Source: a virus. From it: 64,000 nt of DNA. The notes below the pieces were generated by a model that was given only the letters and a program-made list of their open reading frames with translations, had not been told where the DNA came from and did not search any database. Shown here in pieces: positions 59,212 through 64,000 of this stretch (position 1 is the first letter of the stretch; each line of letters opens with the position of its first letter). Where the stretch lies: IMG/VR virus record IMGVR_UViG_3300008108_007099, positions 27,492 through 91,491 of that record. One strand, given 5' to 3'. The position numbers were made by a program, and so were the translations under genes.

Positions 59212-59652
59212 TAGTAAGGTGAATTAACGACCTGAAAGTCCATCGAGTCTCTTTCATAAGACAATGTTAATTCATTGTTGAAATTTAGAGATGGAAAAAC
59301 CAGTTGGGTCGATTACTCATTACCTTCAAAAGAGATTTGAGTAAAAGATAACCCCTGTGGTATGTAACGAGTACCATGGACCAACTACGGCAAAGAGGTG
59401 AGCCATACCTCCTACCCCAGCTGATGCGGGTTACCTGTCAGAGAAATCTGAATAGGTTGAAAAAGGGGTGAAATCCAACAAGAGTGAGTACTAACAGACT
59501 CAGGGTGGTTGGATTGGACAGTATGGTTAGTAGTTGCAAAACAGTTAAGTCAGTATCTCTTTAAGGTTACCAACTCCTTAGTTTTAAAGAAGATAAGTAA
59601 ACTTCTTACTTTTCTTTTTAACTATGAGTTACAGGAACCCGTGGAGGTCGGT
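59212..59652 (+). ncRNA. Candidate large structured non-coding RNA (~440 nt), family not recognised
   Basis: 585-nt gap with no ORF in the track and >=10 nested helices found by eye (coordinates in findings). G-U pairs and a GAAA tetraloop favour the + strand. Ends approximate. Confidence 0.65.
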
Positions 59653-59682
59653 TTTGAATAGCGATTAAAATTCTTTAATTAT

Positions 59683-59718
59683 TTGATATTTGTAACTTTT
59701 ATGGTATTATCCTAGAAT
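59683..59718 (+). promoter_or_regulatory. Sigma70-like promoter(s) for the PolA-like gene
   Basis: TTGATA-N16-TATTAT (with TG extension) and TTGTAA-N17-TAGAAT. Confidence 0.5.
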
Positions 59719-59735
59719 GTAAATTAGGAGAAGGC

Positions 59736-61040
59736 ATGCAGTTACAAGATCTTACGGCCAAGCTATTTGATTTCTTTAGCAAGACCAGAATGGTTTTTGT
59801 AACTTGGGATCCTGTTTCTTTTGACTCTACGACCCTAGCTAAGCTTCAAGTTCGAATTAGGTTCGATAACGGCAAAGACAATTCGATCGCGGTTCCTCTC
59901 AATTCAAGCAATTGTTTGATAATCACCAATATCCTTGAAAAACTTAATTCCACCCGTAAAACAGTTTTCGTTGGGCATGACTTTAAGATTCTGTTTACAT
60001 TTTTCAGACGTTTAAATAACAAACTTCTCGACTTGGCAAACGTATTTGATTTGGGTTGGTACGAATCCTATTACTCAAAACCTTCATCGGCAGGTAACCA
60101 AGTCCTGCAAGTTAAGCATTTGAAGGAATGGTTTGCCAACCAAGATTCTATGCGCGTATATCAAAACATATTTTCAAAATTAATTGTTCAAACCCTTCCT
60201 GCAATTGAAGGTAACGGTTTGATTAACACAGACCTTGGTCTTTTAGTGTTTCCAAATTTTGTTGTAGAAGGTCAGGCAAACGGAAGGTTGTCTTGTATTT
60301 GCGAGTACAAGCGATGCTACAACCCGCACAGTTTGTCTGATGACGAAAAAGCCGATTTGATTCTCGGCAAAGACAACGAACTCTTTATTTGGTTCGATTA
60401 CAACAACATGGAAGTTGCTGTTCTTGCTGAATTAGCAAACGACGACAACCTCAAAGAACTTATTAGTAAGAACCCTAAACAGGTTTATGAGAAAATATTT
60501 GAGTGCGCGACAGGAACAGTTGTTGAAGATGCGAGGAAACTTGCAAAAACAATGTTTCTGCCATGCATTTATGGTCAAGGTGCTGCTGGTTTGGCAAAAA
60601 GCCTAGACATCTCCTTGGACCAAGCAGCTATCTACCTGCACAATTTGAGAAATGCTTTTTCTAAGAGCTTCACTTTTGTTGAAAACGCCCACAAAGAAGC
60701 TGCAGAAAATTCATGTGCAACAGATCGCTTCGGAAGGGTTCGTAGGTTCCAGTCTGATGAGGCGTTTAAGGCCCGAAATTTCGCAATACAGGCACCATCG
60801 GCTCTTTTATGCCTCGAGTCCTTGGTTAACCTCCAAAACGCCGCAGGAAAGCTTTTTAAAGTAATGTTCACGGTTCATGATGGTTATTGTATTGCTGGTG
60901 AAAAAAGTTACTTGGAAGAGGCGTACAGGTTGGCCAAATCTGTACTAGAAAAAACCTCAGAGTTTCTGCCGGTAAAACTGAGCGTGTCAGCAAAACTAGG
61001 AAGAAATTTGGCAAAAATGACATCCATAGGAAAAAGGTAA
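59736..61040 (+). CDS. polA: Family A DNA polymerase-like protein, short (thumb missing, degenerate exonuclease)
   Basis: NGRLS, motif A FDYNNMEV, motif B RKLAKTMFLPCIYG, RFGRVR, NFAIQ, motif C VHDG; SD AGGAG. Confidence 0.85.
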   Translation: MQLQDLTAKLFDFFSKTRMVFVTWDPVSFDSTTLAKLQVRIRFDNGKDNSIAVPLNSSNCLIITNILEKLNSTRKTVFVGHDFKILFTFFRRLNNKLLDLANVFDLGWYESYYSKPSSAGNQVLQVKHLKEWFANQDSMRVYQNIFSKLIVQTLPAIEGNGLINTDLGLLVFPNFVVEGQANGRLSCICEYKRCYNPHSLSDDEKADLILGKDNELFIWFDYNNMEVAVLAELANDDNLKELISKNPKQVYEKIFECATGTVVEDARKLAKTMFLPCIYGQGAAGLAKSLDISLDQAAIYLHNLRNAFSKSFTFVENAHKEAAENSCATDRFGRVRRFQSDEAFKARNFAIQAPSALLCLESLVNLQNAAGKLFKVMFTVHDGYCIAGEKSYLEEAYRLAKSVLEKTSEFLPVKLSVSAKLGRNLAKMTSIGKR

Positions 61041-61044
61041 ATGT

Positions 61045-61605
61045 ATGCTATCAGTTTTTAAAAACTTTCCAGTAAGTGATAAAGAATACCAGATACTAGA
61101 CAAAAAATTCGGCCAGTTGTGCTATTATGCTTCTTGGCAACTAATCAGAAAGAATAGCGCCAATAATCACCAGTTTGATTTGGATGATGTTTCTCAGGAA
61201 TTAATGGTTGCAGTGCTGAGGGCCGCCAGTTATTACAAAAGACAGGTGTTTATAGACACCTCCCTTTCAGCACTCAAAAATGCTAGCATGGATAAAACAA
61301 GCAGACTTATTGTTAAAGAATTGTCGAATCTATGGGACAATCGCACTCGACATGGTGCCAGCCGTCAGAAGTTTGGCGATCACCAAGAACAAATCATGAA
61401 AGAACTTTGCCGCAAATTTTTGCCACCAAACGAAATTCCGTCCATGACTCGTGAACTAATAATGGAAAATAAATTTTTAACTTATTGCAAACAAATCCTT
61501 TGGAATGCTACAAAACATTTAGGAAGAAAGATTAGTCGCGAAAAACCCCTTCGCGCTGGTCAAGTTAGTTTGTCTGATCACGAATACCTTTCAACCGTGG
61601 AGTGA
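61045..61605 (+). CDS. Divergent sigma-factor-like protein (region 2 only)
   Basis: DLDDVSQELMVAVLRA (2.2-like) and FLTYCKQILWN...GRK (2.3-2.4-like). Confidence 0.5.
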   Translation: MLSVFKNFPVSDKEYQILDKKFGQLCYYASWQLIRKNSANNHQFDLDDVSQELMVAVLRAASYYKRQVFIDTSLSALKNASMDKTSRLIVKELSNLWDNRTRHGASRQKFGDHQEQIMKELCRKFLPPNEIPSMTRELIMENKFLTYCKQILWNATKHLGRKISREKPLRAGQVSLSDHEYLSTVE

Positions 61606-61609
61606 AAAC

Positions 61610-62074
61610 ATGAACAGAGGCCCGTACGTAGAGATTAGATTGACACCACCAATGATTGAATTGGCTCACACTTTGGCCAAAGAACTAGGTGTTTTAAGAA
61701 ATTCAATCGAGGAAGGTGCTGGTAACATTACTGGATTCTGTGCCGAATTAGCATGCAAAAAGCACTTCGGCATACCTCTAGATGAAATTCAGAACACTTA
61801 TCACTATGACATTTTGGTTAACGGTATTACGTATGATGTGAAAGCTAAAAAAAGAAAAGATGCTCCAAGATACTGGCACGAAGCTAGCATCTCTGATTAC
61901 AACACAAGTCAAAAGTGTAATTTGGGTTTTTATCCGAAACAACAATATTTGGACGAAGCAAGATTCCTTAAAAAAGGACAAATCGATGGCTCAAATAATT
62001 TTGAAGTTAAAGGGGATTGCTGGAATTTGGTCTACGAAAAATTAAATCCAATCAGCCAAATTAAAAGAAATTAG
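61610..62074 (+). CDS. PD-(D/E)XK nuclease-like protein (paralogue of 63214, internally shortened)
   Basis: G..AE, YDI, YDVKAK. Confidence 0.6.
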   Translation: MNRGPYVEIRLTPPMIELAHTLAKELGVLRNSIEEGAGNITGFCAELACKKHFGIPLDEIQNTYHYDILVNGITYDVKAKKRKDAPRYWHEASISDYNTSQKCNLGFYPKQQYLDEARFLKKGQIDGSNNFEVKGDCWNLVYEKLNPISQIKRN

Positions 62075-62148
62075 TGCAAAGTCGTGGAGTTGAACCAACG
62101 TGTGCCGGCTTATAAGGCCGGTCCTCAAAGCCGTCGAGGACACTTTGC
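62075..62148 (-). tRNA. tRNA-Ile(UAU), atypical
   Basis: GCAAAGT/ACTTTGC acceptor, CCTC/GAGG D stem, CCGGC-CT TAT AA-GCCGG anticodon arm, GGTTCAACTCC T loop. G at position 8, bulged T stem, no encoded CCA. Confidence 0.75.
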
Positions 62149-62152
62149 AGAT

Positions 62153-62227
62153 TGGGCTCTCTGGGACTTGAACCCAGAACCGAACGATTATGAGTCGTTT
62201 GCTCTAGACCAGTTGAGCTAAGAGCCC
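62153..62227 (-). tRNA. tRNA with CAU anticodon, most likely Ile2 (lysidine)
   Basis: Canonical cloverleaf GGGCTCT...AACGA-CT CAT AA-TCGTT...CTGGGTTCAAGTCCCAG; the anticodon arm resembles bacterial Ile2, with no initiator features. Confidence 0.88.
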
Positions 62228-62236
62228 TGTATAAAA

Positions 62237-62265
62237 ATAATAGCGGGCGAAATGTTTTTTATCAA
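62237..62265 (-). promoter_or_regulatory. Sigma70-like promoter of the tRNA pair
   Basis: TTGATA-N17-TATTAT, 9 nt upstream of the first tRNA. Confidence 0.7.
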
Positions 62266-62395
62266 GAGGAATTTTTCAAATGCTTTTCCGATCATATTGT
62301 GTTTCATATTCTCGCGTATTTGCCTTGCAAATTTATTCGACACCTATTACAACATTAGGATTCAGTTATTGTAATTGTTGGTCTAGGAGAAAGAT

Positions 62396-63039
62396 GTGGA
62401 GCAGCCCATTAGGCTCAAGAGAGGCGCTGTAAGGGAAGACGGCAAGATATTTTATGCTTACAGGTCTTGTAAAAGAAATTCTACTGCAATATGGTTATGT
62501 ATTTTGCCTATGTGAATACTTCAGGGGTGCCGATATACAAAAATGAAGCTGAGTACAACAAGTGGTTAGAAAGAAGAAGGTCTACTCATAGAAGATTTCA
62601 TGATCGTTGCAAGCAGTTGCCTGCTCCATCATGTCTTTTAGGTGACCCACATCCAACAATACCTAATTTGTTTGTTAAAAGAATTTATGGTCACAAGGTA
62701 ACATATGGAACTTTGGAAGAGGCAACGAGAGCCAGACTCAAAAGAAACGAAAGTTGTAAAAAACACAGGGAAATTCACAAGGAAAGGCGCAAAAAGAGGC
62801 TTCAAGAGTTAAGAAATGAGCGGATGAATTTCCTAAAAGAAAATCCACATTTACGCAGAAGCAGGGGCGACATAGACCCTGTACTTGGACAAATCTTTTG
62901 GGGATATTCAAATATGGGAAATGAACTCTGGTATGATCCAGCGCGGTTCGCAGAGAAAAAAGCCAAATTTAGTGCGCAGAGACAAAAAAGATATTACAAA
63001 AAGAAATCTGCTAAATTAGCAGAGAAAAAAAATATGTAA
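62396..63039 (+). CDS. Basic repeat-domain protein, apparently split by a frameshift (62396-62515 and 62491-63039)
   Basis: AGGAG then GTG at 62396 gives KRGAVREDGKIFYAY; a similar unit RGDIDPVLGQIFWGY lies in the downstream frame. Confidence 0.5.
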
Positions 63040-63047
63040 AAGATTTT

Positions 63048-63093
63048 TGTCAATTCCTGTCAATGCTAGGCAATCCCTGTCAACGCCAGTCAA
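63048..63093. repeat. Five (T/A)G(T/G)CAA units at exact 10-bp spacing
   Basis: Hexamers start at 63048, 63058, 63068, 63078 and 63088. Confidence 0.8.
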
Positions 63094-63144
63094 CATCTGA
63101 TTGGCGTTTCTATTTTATGCATAACTTTGTTTCTTAAATCTAAG

Positions 63145-63153
63145 TGTTATAAT
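63145..63153 (+). promoter_or_regulatory. Extended -10 promoter TGtTATAAT
   Basis: Upstream of 63214; followed by a TTGAGC/GCTCAA hairpin and SD AAGGA. Confidence 0.6.
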
Positions 63154-63213
63154 GTATTAAAAGCGATATTGAGCTTGTAGCTCAAATCGTCAAAACTTTT
63201 AGTAAGGAAAAAT

Positions 63214-63738
63214 ATGTTTGAAATGTTTGAACTGCCATTAGACGAAGAGATTTTGCAGTGTGCTAAAATCCGAGCTAAGAATCAAAGGGCTAATAAAAAT
63301 TCGTTCGAGAGAGGAAAAGGAAACTTTGTTGGTTATGTTGGTGAGTATGCCGTTAAGAAGTTTCTTGGTTTGCCTTTTGAGCCTTCAACTAAAGATTATG
63401 ACTTCATACTAGATGGTAAAAGATATGAAGTAAAGACGAAGAAAACAAAGTATGAGGTATTGCCTCATTACGAAGGCAGCGTAGACACGCATAGTGCGAA
63501 GCAGGATTGTGACTATTATCTGTTTTGTCGCGCCATAGTAACCGTACCAGATGCTGGAATAGATCAAGTATTTGCATTCGGATATTTCCCAAAAAAGTCC
63601 TACATGAAAAAAGCCAAATTCAGGAAGAAGGGCGAAAGGGATGAATCTAATGGTTGGACTGTGAAAAAGGACTGTTTCAATCTAGAGTATCAATTGTTGA
63701 AGCCGTTTAGTAAATTAGTGAAGATGGCAACTGTATGA
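63214..63738 (+). CDS. PD-(D/E)XK nuclease-like protein
   Basis: GYVGE, YDF, YEVKTK, CDYYLF. Confidence 0.7.
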   Translation: MFEMFELPLDEEILQCAKIRAKNQRANKNSFERGKGNFVGYVGEYAVKKFLGLPFEPSTKDYDFILDGKRYEVKTKKTKYEVLPHYEGSVDTHSAKQDCDYYLFCRAIVTVPDAGIDQVFAFGYFPKKSYMKKAKFRKKGERDESNGWTVKKDCFNLEYQLLKPFSKLVKMATV

Positions 63739-63956
63739 TGTTAAGAACTAAGCCGGAAACAATTATTGTGTCCGGCACATCTGTTGTAACATCTCCCCGC
63801 GCTTGTCGGGTTTTTAATTGTCATTGGGTACGGAGCTGGTACTATAGCTGGAGTAAATTTTTCAACTACAACGATAATTTTTCGTATCATTGGGCTGGCA
63901 AAACGATGTCACAGTACACTTGGTATGGTATAAGGCATGATAAGAGTAAGGTGTGA
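63735..63956 (+). CDS. Hypothetical protein
   Basis: 73 aa; ATGA overlap with the previous gene. Confidence 0.35.
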   Translation: MMLRTKPETIIVSGTSVVTSPRACRVFNCHWVRSWYYSWSKFFNYNDNFSYHWAGKTMSQYTWYGIRHDKSKV

Positions 63957-64000
63957 TGCTAATTTAACAGGCGTACCATTGGACAGGGCGACTCCGTTTT

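Noticed and set aside
59400-59529. Group II intron (GAGCCATAC / CA-GTATGGTT resembles domain V with an AGC triad)
   Set aside because: The helix encloses a ~100-nt multiloop rather than a tetraloop, and there is no GUGYG 5' end, interrupted gene or RT. Worth rechecking with covariance models.
59230-59645. RNase P RNA (GAAAGTCC and ACAGGAACCCG resemble CR-I and CR-V)
   Set aside because: The P4 partner GGCUUA and the other conserved regions are not present; the resemblance is only two short words.
62153-62227. tRNA-Met or fMet
   Set aside because: No C1:A72 mismatch and no three G-C pairs in the anticodon stem; the arm resembles Ile2. Elongator Met is not fully excluded.
1-64000. Stop-codon reassignment as in some large phages
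   Set aside because: Conserved genes are full length in code 11, and TAA, TAG and TGA all end genes.

Overview
A 64 kb segment of a large T4-related myophage (jumbo-phage-like, standard genetic code, frequent strand switching). 1-17.7 kb: three giant Ser-Gly-rich repeat fibre proteins that share one ~45-aa module, then an RCC1-propeller protein with Pro/Thr stalks. 17.7-24.3 kb: a glycan-modification cluster (2 GT25, sulfotransferase, 2 TPR-glycosyltransferases, methyltransferase, putative oxygenase, Cys-cluster protein). 24.4-43.7 kb: neck (gp13/14/15-like), sheath, two tube paralogues, gp55-like late sigma and baseplate-hub assembly genes, mixed with unknown proteins carrying T4-type capsid-targeting N-termini. 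43.7-58.5 kb: MoxR/VWA pair, resolvase, GATase, phosphoesterase, NrdJ, gp46/47, UvsW. 58.5-64 kb: a ~440-nt densely base-paired non-coding region directly upstream of a thumb-less family A DNA polymerase and a divergent sigma-like gene, two tandem tRNAs that probably both read AUA, and nuclease-like paralogues. Best candidates for new biology: (i) the structured RNA / thumb-less PolA locus and (ii) Ser-Gly-saturated fibres beside a glycosylation/sulfation cluster. All calls come from manual motif recognition; no searches or folding programs were run.
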